Below, piece by piece: positions 35,982 through 45,064 of a DNA stretch of 64,000 nt. Source of the DNA: a virus; IMG/VR virus record IMGVR_UViG_3300022903_000002, positions 1-64,000 of that record; one strand, given 5' to 3'. The notes under the pieces are model-generated. The model made no database searches, had not been told where the DNA came from, and saw only the letters and a list, made by a program, of their open reading frames with translations. The translations under genes were made by a program, and so were the position numbers. Position 1 is the first letter of the stretch. Every line of letters starts with the position of its first letter.

Positions 35982-36800
35982 ATGACAGAGGCTACCCCCA
36001 AGTACTGTGCCGCCTGCGGAACGCCGTTTGCAGATGAGTCGCCGACAGGTAACAGGCGGTTCTGTTGTCGCAGGTGCTGGCGTCGGGCCAAGGAGCGGAG
36101 ATCGCGGGGCGTCTCAGAGCGAGATGTAGCTACGGTTTCGGATTGCGTGGCATGCGGAGCATCCCTCGCCGGGCGTCCGCACGGGACCAGACACTGCTCG
36201 AACGCCTGTTACCAGCGGGCGAGGAGACGCGAGAGGCTTGGCCAGCCGATAGCTGACCGAGCTGAGGAGATCGCCTGTCGGCGCTGCGGAGACCTGGTAT
36301 ATCGCCAGCACTGGTCCTTCACGCTGTACTGCTCCAAACGGTGTCGCGAGGCATACAACGCGTACCGCTACTTCAAGATGAGACGCCCCGAGATCGAACG
36401 AGCGTGCTTGGCGTGCGGTGCACCGATCTCCCCAGACGACACGCTCAGCAAGAAGTACTGCGATAGGCGATGCGCGGGACGCAATCGGTCGCCAGACGTC
36501 ATCTTCAGGTACGTGAATGCACGTCGCGCCTTGCTCTCCGGAGCCACAGCGCGTCGCGTCCCAAAGCGGGTACTGAGGCGTCTACGGTCAGCGATCTGCT
36601 TCTACTGCGGGAGCAAAGCCAACACTGTGGATCATGTGGTGCCTCTATCTCGTGGAGGCCAGCACGCAGAGGGCAACCTCGTACCTGCGTGCCGATCGTG
36701 CAACAGCAGCAAGGCCGACAAACTGTTGATCGAGTGGAGGTTGTGGCGCCGTGGTCGAGAACTCGCCGAACGACGTTCAGAAAGTTCAGCGGCTGCGTGA
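35982..36800 (+). CDS. HNH endonuclease with four N-terminal Cys4 Zn-finger repeats
   Basis: Repeated CxxCG...(F/H/Y)Cxx.C; 'CFYCG....TVDHVVPLSRGG.H..GNLVPAC..CN.SK'. Confidence 0.88.
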   Translation: MTEATPKYCAACGTPFADESPTGNRRFCCRRCWRRAKERRSRGVSERDVATVSDCVACGASLAGRPHGTRHCSNACYQRARRRERLGQPIADRAEEIACRRCGDLVYRQHWSFTLYCSKRCREAYNAYRYFKMRRPEIERACLACGAPISPDDTLSKKYCDRRCAGRNRSPDVIFRYVNARRALLSGATARRVPKRVLRRLRSAICFYCGSKANTVDHVVPLSRGGQHAEGNLVPACRSCNSSKADKLLIEWRLWRRGRELAERRSESSAAA

Positions 36801-37002
36801 CTGGGCAGTAAGCGGCCCGGGCCGAGCCCTCTTCAACTGGGGCACAGCTGGCGACTTCGCTAGGTGCGAGGCGTTCTATAAGGGCAAGATGCCCGAGCGG
36901 ATGATCCCTGGCTGGTGCGCCACGCTCCACAAGCTCGCTACTGGCGCAACACCCGGCCACGCTCCCGGAGAAGAAGTGGCACGCAAGACCACAGGCCACT
37001 AG
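36751..37002 (+). CDS. Conserved small phage protein
   Basis: 'WGT.GDF.RC...GWCA.LH..ATG..PG'; overlaps HNH 3' end. Confidence 0.65.
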   Translation: MVENSPNDVQKVQRLRDWAVSGPGRALFNWGTAGDFARCEAFYKGKMPERMIPGWCATLHKLATGATPGHAPGEEVARKTTGH

Positions 37003-37004
37003 CA

Positions 37005-37340
37005 ATGGCAAGACGCATCCAAGAGAACCCACGTGACCGGGTCGAGTCCGCAGGGCAGTGGCGCTCAGCACCTCGACCCGTCGACTGGCCGGCCCGGGTC
37101 GAAGCTGTACTAGCTAGGGACAGGGCCTGTCGATGGGATGGCCTCGGCGTCATGTGCGGCAGCATCGAGAGGCTTGAGGTCGACCACATCGGTGACCCTC
37201 GAGACCACAGGCTCGAGAACCTTCGAGTGTTGTGTCATCGCCATCATGCGAAGCGCACCGCGCTCCAATCGGCAGCAGCGCGACAGGCAAAGCGCATCCC
37301 GCGGACCAGGCCGAAGGAGCAGCATCCCGGCCTTCTCTGA
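37005..37340 (+). CDS. Terminase-associated HNH endonuclease
   Basis: 'VLARD..C...EVDHI...H.LENL..LC..HH..RT'; immediately upstream of TerS. Confidence 0.85.
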   Translation: MARRIQENPRDRVESAGQWRSAPRPVDWPARVEAVLARDRACRWDGLGVMCGSIERLEVDHIGDPRDHRLENLRVLCHRHHAKRTALQSAAARQAKRIPRTRPKEQHPGLL

Positions 37341-37354
37341 TCGCTGTAGTCACG

Positions 37355-37445
37355 CCCCGTGAGGGTGGGGGGAGCCCCCAAGGCCATCCATGAGCGAGCC
37401 CGCTAGCGTATTGCGCCTGCCAGTCAGTACGGGTTCAGAAGCCGT
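37355..37445. other. Putative cos/packaging region
   Basis: Non-coding gap between HNH and TerS with GGGTGGGGG...CCCCC and ...GTACGGG; inferred from position only. Confidence 0.45.
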
Positions 37446-37486
37446 GAACAGCGATTCAAATCTTGGATGACTGCGGGAGGTGGCCG

Positions 37487-37912
37487 ATGCCTGGTCCCGT
37501 TCCGAATCGTTCCGACCAGCGGCGACGCCGGAACAAGGAGCCTGGCGGGGGAGTCACCCGCTCGGCTGGCGCCGAGAAGGTCGTCGCTCCTCCTGCTGAG
37601 CCTCATTGGCATTCGCTCGCGGTCGACTGGTATGAGAGTCTCGCGAAGTCGGGTCAGAGCGCCTTCTATGAGCCCAGCGATTGGGCCACGGCACGCTATG
37701 TAGCTGAGGCGATGTCTCGGAATCTTGAGAACAGCCGGTTCTCGGCGCAGCTCTTCGCGGCCGTGATGGCTGCCTCTACGACGCTCCTGGTTACCGAGGG
37801 AGATCGCCGGCGTTTGCGGGTCGAGTTGGAGCGGGCTGCCGCTGCGGTCGATGCCGATGAGGAGGCGGCGGTCGCTGAGCTCGATGAGTGGCGTGACCGA
37901 CTCTCCGGCTAA
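37487..37912 (+). CDS. Terminase small subunit
   Basis: 'PGP.P.RS..RRR.NK', 'WY.SL..SGQ..FYE.SDW', 'TEGDRRRLRVEL'; upstream of TerL. Confidence 0.88.
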   Translation: MPGPVPNRSDQRRRRNKEPGGGVTRSAGAEKVVAPPAEPHWHSLAVDWYESLAKSGQSAFYEPSDWATARYVAEAMSRNLENSRFSAQLFAAVMAASTTLLVTEGDRRRLRVELERAAAAVDADEEAAVAELDEWRDRLSG

Positions 37913-39539
37913 CCGGCTCGTTACGCTCCCTTCGGGTGTTCCGGAGTTCACGCTCGGCTGGGAGGTCGTGCGTTGGGCCGGGATGTATTTGAAGCATCCG
38001 AATGGGCCGCGGGCTGGTCAGCGGTGGAAGTTCGTGGAGAGCCAGATCCGTTTCCTCCTTTGGTGGTATGCGGTTGATGAGGACGCGAACTGGCTGTTCC
38101 ATCACGGTGTCCGCCGGCTGAGTAAGGGGTCTGGGAAGTCGCCGTTCGCTGCGTTGATGGCGTTGGCGGAGTTGTGCGCGCCGGTTCGGGTGGACTATTT
38201 CGACCCGAAGGCGCCGGGCGGGCTGGTCGGTAAGCCGGTTGATATGCCGCTGGTGCAGATCGCTGCTACGGCGGAGTCGCAGACTGCGAACACTATGCGG
38301 ATGGTGCGGGCGTTCGCTCCGAAGGGTTCCCGCCTGGTCCAGGAGTACAAGCTCGATCCGGGGAAGACGAAGTATTACAAGGCCCCGGAGGGCACGCTCG
38401 AGGTCATCACGTCGTCAACGACCGCGGCGGAGGGCGCTGAGGCGAGCTTCATCGTCGGCGATGAGACGGAGCATTGGAAGCCGTCGAATGGTGGCCCGGA
38501 GCTCGCGGCGACGCTCGAGGACAACCTCACGAAGAGCGGCTCGCGGATGCTGGAGACCTGCAACGCGTGGGTTCCCGGTTTGGGGACGGTTGCGGAGACG
38601 TCGTATGACGGCTGGCTCGCGCAGGAGGAAGGCCGGACCCGCGGCGAGTCGAAGGTGTTGTACGACGCGCGGATCGCCCCTCCGGAGACGGATCTGACGG
38701 ACGAGGCGTCGCTGATGGTGGCGCTGGAGTTCGTCTACGAGGACTGTTTCTGGCAGAAGCTTCGGCCGATCATGGAGCGGATCTGGGATCCGCGGTCGAA
38801 GCCGGATGATTCCAAGCGTAAGTATTTGAACTGGCCGACGGCGGCGCAGGATGCGTGGACGACGAAGGAATCCTGGGCGGCGTGTACTGACGTGACGCAG
38901 GTTGTCGCTGACGGTGAAGAGATCGTTGCTTTCTTCGACGGGTCGAAGTCCCGGGATGCGACTGCGTTGATCGGTTGCCGCGTGTCGGACGGTTTCGTCT
39001 TTACGGTCGGCGTGTGGGAGCCGGACACGACGCACACCACCGAGTCGGTTGTGCCTGTCGGGCAGGTCGACGCGGCTGTGGAGCAGATGTTCTCGCGCTG
39101 GGATGTGCTGGCGTTCTTCGCGGACGTCAAGGAGTGGGAAGGGTTCACGAAGGTCACCTGGCCGGAGCGGTACACCGAGGACCTTCTGCTTCATTCCGTT
39201 CCGTCCGGTAATGACCCGCAGGTGATCGCGTGGGACATGCGGTCTCACACCTATGACTTCACGCTCGCTTGTGAGTTGACCGAGGCGGAGATCCGGGACC
39301 GTGGGTTTGCTCACGATGGCGACTCGCGTGTGTTGCGGCATGTGACGAACGCTCGCCGCCGGCCGAACCGCTATGGGGTCTCGATCGGTAAGGAATCGCC
39401 GGACAGCCCCAACAAGATCGATGCCGCGGTTTGTGTTGTCGGTGCACGGATGGTGCGCCGGAAACTGCTGGCTTCACCGGAGTGGAAGAAACGCTCGGCG
39501 AAGAAGACCCGAACTGGCCGTGTGTACGGATTCTCCTAA
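37893..39539 (+). CDS. Terminase large subunit
   Basis: Walker A 'RRLSKGSGKS', Walker B 'IVGDETEHW', nuclease 'FFDGSKSRDAT', 'KIDAAV'. Confidence 0.95.
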   Translation: MTDSPANRLVTLPSGVPEFTLGWEVVRWAGMYLKHPNGPRAGQRWKFVESQIRFLLWWYAVDEDANWLFHHGVRRLSKGSGKSPFAALMALAELCAPVRVDYFDPKAPGGLVGKPVDMPLVQIAATAESQTANTMRMVRAFAPKGSRLVQEYKLDPGKTKYYKAPEGTLEVITSSTTAAEGAEASFIVGDETEHWKPSNGGPELAATLEDNLTKSGSRMLETCNAWVPGLGTVAETSYDGWLAQEEGRTRGESKVLYDARIAPPETDLTDEASLMVALEFVYEDCFWQKLRPIMERIWDPRSKPDDSKRKYLNWPTAAQDAWTTKESWAACTDVTQVVADGEEIVAFFDGSKSRDATALIGCRVSDGFVFTVGVWEPDTTHTTESVVPVGQVDAAVEQMFSRWDVLAFFADVKEWEGFTKVTWPERYTEDLLLHSVPSGNDPQVIAWDMRSHTYDFTLACELTEAEIRDRGFAHDGDSRVLRHVTNARRRPNRYGVSIGKESPDSPNKIDAAVCVVGARMVRRKLLASPEWKKRSAKKTRTGRVYGFS

Positions 39540-39551
39540 GGGGGGTTGCTC

Positions 39552-41000
39552 GTGGCCCCGCTGGCGGAAGGTAATGCGATCAGCATCGCGACAAAGCTAC
39601 TGGCGAAGCGTGAGGACGAGCAGCCCCGTTTGCAGAAGATCGCCGCGTACATGCGTGGTGACCAGGCGTCGGTGTATGTCCCGAAGGGCGCCCGCCAGGA
39701 GTATCGGTGGCTGATTCGCCGGGCCAAGGTCAACATGCTGCCGCTGGTTGTCACGGCTGTGGCGCAGGCGCTGTTCGTGGATGGGTATCGGCCGGAGAAG
39801 TCCTCGGATAACGCCCGAGCGTGGGGTTACTGGCAGGCGAACCGGATGGACGGCCGTCAGCATGGCCTGCACCGGTCGGCGCTGAAGTACGGGGTGGCGT
39901 ACAACGTCGTCCTCCCGGGTGAGCTCGCCGGCCAGAAGATGCCCGTGATCACCCCGAAGTCGCCGCGACGGATGACGGCGTTCTACGCGGATCCGATCGA
40001 TGATGAGTGGCCGCTGTTCGCGATCGAGGAGATGGTCGTGAACCTCGCGCCCGGTAAGGCGCAGCGGCAGGTTCTTCTCTACGACGACAATTTTCGGTAT
40101 CCGCTTGTCGGGGATGTGAAGCGCGGTGCGAAGCTCGAGCTTGACGCCGCTGGTGTCGCGGAGCATGGCCTCGGGGTGTGCCCGGTCGTCCGGTACCGCG
40201 ACGGCGATGACCTCGACGGCGATGAGTGTGTCCGCGGTGAGGTCGAGCCCCTGTTTGATGTTCAGGACCAGCTGAATTCGACGACGTTCGGCCGGATGAT
40301 GGCTGAGACCTACGCGGCTTTCAGGCAGCGTTGGGCGACGGGCATGGTCGCTGAGGATGAGAACGGTAATCCGCAGGCACCGTTCCAGGCGATGGTCGAC
40401 AAGCTGTGGGTTGCGACGGACTCGGACACGAAGTTCGGTGAGTTCTCCCAGACGGATTTGGCGGGGTATTTGGAGAGTGCTGAGGCGTCGATCAAGAACA
40501 TGGCGACGATGTCGCAGACGCCCCCGCACAACCTGCTGGGCGCCATGGTCAATCTCAGCGCAGAAGCTCTCAACGCTGCCAGAGACGGCCTGAACTCGAA
40601 GATCGCGGAACGCAAGAGCGTGTTCGGTGAGGCGCACGAGCAGACCCTCCGTCTGGCAGCGCATGCCGCCGATGATGACTCCGGGTGGAACGACATGTCC
40701 GCTCAGGTCGTGTGGCGTGACACGGAGGCGAGGAGCCTTGCGCAGACGGTCGATGCGCTCGGGAAACTCGTTCAGATGCTGGGTGTGCCGCCCGAGGTGC
40801 TGTGGGAGAAGATCCCCGGCGTCACACAAACCGACGTGAAGCGCTGGCAGGACGCCGCGGAGAAGGGCGATGCGATCGCCCAGTTGGACGGAATGATCGA
40901 CCGGCAGATGAGTCCCGCTGTGCCGGCACCGAACGGTTCGCGTGTGACGGCATCACCGACTGCCGAGCCGCCCGCACTGACGTCAGGGAGAGCCGGTTAA
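39552..41000 (+). CDS. Portal protein (SPP1 Gp6-like)
   Basis: Position after TerL; 'WQANRMD', 'HGLG.CPVV.Y', 'AF.QRW.TG', 'NLSAEAL'. Confidence 0.93.
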   Translation: MAPLAEGNAISIATKLLAKREDEQPRLQKIAAYMRGDQASVYVPKGARQEYRWLIRRAKVNMLPLVVTAVAQALFVDGYRPEKSSDNARAWGYWQANRMDGRQHGLHRSALKYGVAYNVVLPGELAGQKMPVITPKSPRRMTAFYADPIDDEWPLFAIEEMVVNLAPGKAQRQVLLYDDNFRYPLVGDVKRGAKLELDAAGVAEHGLGVCPVVRYRDGDDLDGDECVRGEVEPLFDVQDQLNSTTFGRMMAETYAAFRQRWATGMVAEDENGNPQAPFQAMVDKLWVATDSDTKFGEFSQTDLAGYLESAEASIKNMATMSQTPPHNLLGAMVNLSAEALNAARDGLNSKIAERKSVFGEAHEQTLRLAAHAADDDSGWNDMSAQVVWRDTEARSLAQTVDALGKLVQMLGVPPEVLWEKIPGVTQTDVKRWQDAAEKGDAIAQLDGMIDRQMSPAVPAPNGSRVTASPTAEPPALTSGRAG

Positions 41001-41428
41001 TGTTCGATTCGTCGCAGCATCCGAGAGCGGCAGCGGGCGCTGCATCTGGCGGGCAGTTCATCTCCTACGACTCGGAGAAGAAACACGGCACTGGATACGG
41101 GCACAAGGACGGCGATCCGCGTGTGAAGCGTCTCCAGGAGGCGTTGAACAGGCTCGGGTTCACGGACTCCAAGAGCCGCCACCTCGAGGTGGATGGGCAG
41201 CTGGGGCCGTTGACGACGCAGGCTGTTAAGGCCGCGCAGAAGAAGCTCGGGGTGAAGGAAGACGGGCGTGTCGATGCGGCGCTGCTGAAGCGGCTGGCGA
41301 GCCTGTCGAAACACAACGTCGCGAGTATCGGCATGGACTCGCTGCTTCGTAGCGCGGCGAAGAAGACCGCTGCGAAGCGCGTCAAGAAGGCTACGACGGT
41401 CGCTACTGTCCGCAAGCCCGCGAAGTGA
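41000..41428 (+). CDS. Peptidoglycan-binding-domain protein
   Basis: 'HPR..G...GGQF' N-motif; 'VKRLQ..L..LG....L.VDG.LGP.T..AV...Q..LG...DG.V'. Confidence 0.8.
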   Translation: MFDSSQHPRAAAGAASGGQFISYDSEKKHGTGYGHKDGDPRVKRLQEALNRLGFTDSKSRHLEVDGQLGPLTTQAVKAAQKKLGVKEDGRVDAALLKRLASLSKHNVASIGMDSLLRSAAKKTAAKRVKKATTVATVRKPAK

Positions 41429-42201
41429 CAAGTCGGCATGCCGCTGACCAGTATCGCCGACAGCAGGTGTTGATCTCAGCGACTCTGAGCCGCGACGTCG
41501 TCCGCCTGTTGAAGAACCTGTTCAACCCTGCGAACCCTGGCCCGTCTTGGGCTGCAGCACGTTCGGTTGTCGCGGCGCTGGTTCGCGATCAGCGGCGCAG
41601 GTCAGCGGATCTCGCGGCACGGTTCTATCGAGATGCTCGGCTCTCAGCGGGTGTATCCGGCGGGTTCACACCGGCGGCACCGCTTGAGCTTGACGAGGAG
41701 CGGCTGGTCAAGTCGCTCGACGCGACCGGGATCGGGGCGTTCCAGAAGTCGCTGCGGGCTGGTGCCTCGCCGGATCGGGCGGTGGACAGATCCGCGGTGA
41801 CGTTGTCCGGTAGCGCGTCGAATCTCGCTCTCGAGGGGGGCCGGTCGGTTGTCGACCTGAGTGTCCAGGCTGACGACGAGGCGATCGGGTGGGCGCGCGT
41901 CACGGACGCTGATCCGTGCCCGTGGTGCCTGATGATGGCTTCCCGCGGCGCCATCTACCGTTCGGCGGGATCCGCTGGCGGGGCGAAGAGCTCCCGCTTC
42001 ATCGGCGATGGTGACTTCAAGTGGCACAACCATTGCGGGTGCGTCGCTGTCGCCGTGTGGCACGACGATGATCCGGTGTTGAAGACCGCCGACGACCTGT
42101 ACGACCAGTGGCTGCAGGTCACTGCCGGGCATTCCGGGCGGGACGCGGTCAACATCTGGCGTCGCTACTGGGAGAACCGCGACGACCAGCCGGCCCCATA
42201 G
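41425..42201 (+). CDS. MuF-like minor head/capsid maturation protein
   Basis: 'GWARV....PC.WC.M.ASRG..Y', 'HNHCGC'. Confidence 0.8.
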   Translation: MTSRHAADQYRRQQVLISATLSRDVVRLLKNLFNPANPGPSWAAARSVVAALVRDQRRRSADLAARFYRDARLSAGVSGGFTPAAPLELDEERLVKSLDATGIGAFQKSLRAGASPDRAVDRSAVTLSGSASNLALEGGRSVVDLSVQADDEAIGWARVTDADPCPWCLMMASRGAIYRSAGSAGGAKSSRFIGDGDFKWHNHCGCVAVAVWHDDDPVLKTADDLYDQWLQVTAGHSGRDAVNIWRRYWENRDDQPAP

Positions 42202-42218
42202 CCGTCGCTCCTTAGACC

Positions 42219-42242
42219 AGGCGCCTTCACGGGCGCCTTTTT
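42219..42242 (+). terminator. Intrinsic terminator-like hairpin
   Basis: AGGCGCCT-TCAC-GGGCGCCT followed by T run. Confidence 0.6.
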
Positions 42243-42322
42243 CATGCCCGCAGCCAATGAGGTGACGGGCTGACCTGCCACGCCTACGCGATGTGGGTGT
42301 GGCTGACCGGAAGAAGAAAACG

Positions 42323-42955
42323 ATGAGCCAGGACGCGACGTCCGACGCATCTGAAAACACCACCACTGCCTCGGCGACCGAGGCCGATGACACCACCCAG
42401 ACCGAGCAGGTAGCCGGAAGCGCCGTCCAGAACGATCAGCAGAGCGATGGCAAGGGCGAGCAGCCCGCCAAGAGCAAGTCCGGCACGGATGAGGACAAGC
42501 TCGGCGATGGCGGGAAGCGGGCTCTACAGGAAGAGCGGAAGGCTCGGCGCGACGCCGAGAAGAACCTCACCGCACTTCAGGCACGTCTGCAGGAGTTCGA
42601 GGACCGCGACAAGACCGAACTGCAGAAGGCCATCGAACGTGCTGAGGCGGCCGAGAAGGGCGCTTCGAGCATGCGGGTGACGAACACCCGCCTGATGGCC
42701 GCAGCTACGCACAACATCCCGGCGAACCTGATCGAGTTGCTTGGCGACGGCACCGACGAGGAGATCGACGCGAAGGCGGCGTCCCTTGCTGCGGCTCTCG
42801 CGTCTGCCGCACCGCCTCCCACTCCGGCCGAGCCGGAGAAGAAGGCACCCGCACAGACGCGCCCTGTCGAGTCCCTCACTGCCGGTGCACAGCCCGCGGG
42901 CGAGACGCCCACTGACATGAACACGATTCTGCGGCAGATGGCTGGCCGCGGCTAA
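42323..42955 (+). CDS. Capsid scaffolding protein
   Basis: 'LGDGGKRAL..ERKAR..AE', coiled coil; directly before capsid gene. Confidence 0.88.
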   Translation: MSQDATSDASENTTTASATEADDTTQTEQVAGSAVQNDQQSDGKGEQPAKSKSGTDEDKLGDGGKRALQEERKARRDAEKNLTALQARLQEFEDRDKTELQKAIERAEAAEKGASSMRVTNTRLMAAATHNIPANLIELLGDGTDEEIDAKAASLAAALASAAPPPTPAEPEKKAPAQTRPVESLTAGAQPAGETPTDMNTILRQMAGRG

Positions 42956-43029
42956 CCCCCTGATTGATCGCAGCAACCGGACCGTTGGCACGGGCCGGGG
43001 CCGCTGCATGCCTGAAAGGAAGTCCCCCC

Positions 43030-43998
43030 GTGCCGACCTACAACTCTGGTATCACTCGGGATGGCAGCGACGACCCGCTGATCCCCGTCCCGGTCTCCAA
43101 CCAGATCATCCAGGAGATGCCGACGAGCAGCTTCATGCTGCAGCGCGCCGGCCGCGTCCAGATGTCCACGAAGTCCCAGCGTCAGCCGGTCCTGGACGTT
43201 CTGCCGATGGCCTACTGGGTCTCCGGTGACACCGGGATGAAGCAGACCTCGGCCGTGGACTGGAAAAACGTGTCGCTGGTCGCTGAGGAGCTCGCGGTCA
43301 TCGTCCCGATCCCCGAGTCGTACCTCGACGACGCGCAGGTCCCCCTGTGGGACGAGGTCCGGCCGCGGATCGTAGAGGCGTTCGGCGCGAAGATCGACGG
43401 AGCCGCGATGTTCGGTCTCGATAAGCCGTCCTCGTGGCCCGCCGCGATCTACCAGTCGGCGGTCGCCGCCGGCAACACCGTCCGGACCGGAGCGGCAGCG
43501 GACTTCGGCGTGGACGTCGCCGCGATCGGTGAGGTCGTCGCCCGCGACGGTTTCGCTGTCAACGGCTTCGCGGCCCGCCCGGGTCTGACGTGGAAGCTCG
43601 TGGCGATGCGGTCGTCGCAGGGCGTGCCGCTGTACCAGCCGAACCTGCAGGACGGCACCGGCCCCGGCCAGCTGTACGGCTACCCGGTCAGCGAGGTCAA
43701 CAACGGGTCCTGGGACTCCGACGAAGCCGAACTCATCGCCGGTGACTGGACGAAGGCGATCATCGGGATGCGGCAGGACATCACCTGGAAGATGTTCGAC
43801 CAGGGTGTCATCTCCGACGGTTCCGGTGCTGTGGTCCTGAACCTCATGCAGCAGGACTCGGTGGCGCTGCGCGTCACGATGCGCGTCGCCTACGCCACGT
43901 CGAACCCGGTCACCACCCTCAACACCACCGAGAACACCAGATTTCCCTTTGGGGTCGTACAGGCCTCGACGGCGGACAGTGTCGCGGGTTCTGCCTGA
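43030..43998 (+). CDS. Major capsid protein (HK97 fold)
   Basis: 'AYWV......K', 'EELAVIVPI', 'GDW', 'NLMQQD.VALR...R'; GAAAGGA RBS. Confidence 0.93.
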   Translation: MPTYNSGITRDGSDDPLIPVPVSNQIIQEMPTSSFMLQRAGRVQMSTKSQRQPVLDVLPMAYWVSGDTGMKQTSAVDWKNVSLVAEELAVIVPIPESYLDDAQVPLWDEVRPRIVEAFGAKIDGAAMFGLDKPSSWPAAIYQSAVAAGNTVRTGAAADFGVDVAAIGEVVARDGFAVNGFAARPGLTWKLVAMRSSQGVPLYQPNLQDGTGPGQLYGYPVSEVNNGSWDSDEAELIAGDWTKAIIGMRQDITWKMFDQGVISDGSGAVVLNLMQQDSVALRVTMRVAYATSNPVTTLNTTENTRFPFGVVQASTADSVAGSA

Positions 43999-44006
43999 TC
44001 CGTGTT

Positions 44007-44053
44007 GGTCGGGCGTCGTGGCTGCTGCGCGCTGGCTGCGGCGCCTGACCTTT
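44007..44053 (+). terminator. Long hairpin after capsid gene
   Basis: GGTCGGGCGTCGTGGC ... GCTGCGGCGCCTGACC then TTT. Confidence 0.5.
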
Positions 44054-44065
44054 CGGAGGTGACTG

Positions 44066-45052
44066 ATGCGGATCCTGGCGATGGTCGCGGCGTATCCACC
44101 TGACCGCTGTGTGGGCTCGTGGATCATGACGCATGCGCTGCTGCGGGCACTCGTCGCCCGCGGCCATCAGGCGGATGTGGTGCTCACGGCGGCGTCAGGG
44201 GCTCCGTATGCCCTCGACGGTGTGAACGTGTGGCCGCACGTCGACAAGGGCGACCCGTTCCGGTTCATTCAGGACGCCGATGTGCTGGTCGCACATGCGG
44301 AGTCCGCAGGCCGGGCGGTGGCGCTGGGGGAGATGTGGGGTGTACCGGTCGTGAGGCTGGCACACAACACGAGCCCGACCACGGAGTCGTCGATGCGTCG
44401 CCGTGCGGCGGCGCTGACGGTCTTCAACTCCCAGCACATGGCGGACCTGTTCGCCGCGGAGGCGGGACCGTCGATCGTTGTGCGTCCACCGGTCGACCCA
44501 GCGGAGTACGCGACGACACCGGGTGATCACGTCACACTCATCAACGTCACACACGACAAGGGCGCCGAGACGTTCTACTCGCTCGCCGAACGGTTCCCCG
44601 ATGTGCCGTTCCTCGGTGTTGAGGGCGGCTACGGCGTACAGGTCACCGACGACCTGCCCAACGTCGAGATCGTCCCGCACACGCCCGCGGATCGGATGCG
44701 GAACGTCGTGTATGCCCGCACCCGGGTCCTGTTGATGCCGTCCGCTTACGAGTCGTGGGGTCGTACCGGTGTTGAAGCGATGACGAGCGGCATCCCGGTT
44801 CTCGCACATCCCGCGGCCGGCCTAAAAGAGTCACTCGGCGACGCGGGCGTGTTCGTGGACCGAGACGACATCAATGGGTGGGAGCGGGAGCTCCGGCGCC
44901 TGTTGGATGGCCGCCGGTGGCGTCATGCGTCGAAACGCGCGAAGGCGCGGGCTGTCGAGCTCGACCCGTCCCCTGACCTTGCTGTGTGGTGTGCGGAGCT
45001 CGAGACGCTGGGTGCGCAACGTGCCCGGTTCCGTCCTCTCACCCGTGCCTGA
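44066..45052 (+). CDS. Glycosyltransferase family 4 (GT-B)
   Basis: 'LMPS.YESWGRTGVEAM.SGIPV' E-x7-E motif; 'KG' motif. Confidence 0.9.
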   Translation: MRILAMVAAYPPDRCVGSWIMTHALLRALVARGHQADVVLTAASGAPYALDGVNVWPHVDKGDPFRFIQDADVLVAHAESAGRAVALGEMWGVPVVRLAHNTSPTTESSMRRRAAALTVFNSQHMADLFAAEAGPSIVVRPPVDPAEYATTPGDHVTLINVTHDKGAETFYSLAERFPDVPFLGVEGGYGVQVTDDLPNVEIVPHTPADRMRNVVYARTRVLLMPSAYESWGRTGVEAMTSGIPVLAHPAAGLKESLGDAGVFVDRDDINGWERELRRLLDGRRWRHASKRAKARAVELDPSPDLAVWCAELETLGAQRARFRPLTRA

Positions 45053-45064
45053 GTGGAGGTGAGC

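Noticed and set aside
35921-36800. HNH plus upstream RNA as IscB/HEARO-type RNA-guided nuclease
   Set aside because: No PLMP or RuvC motifs; the leader is only ~60 nt and is shared with a GIY-YIG gene
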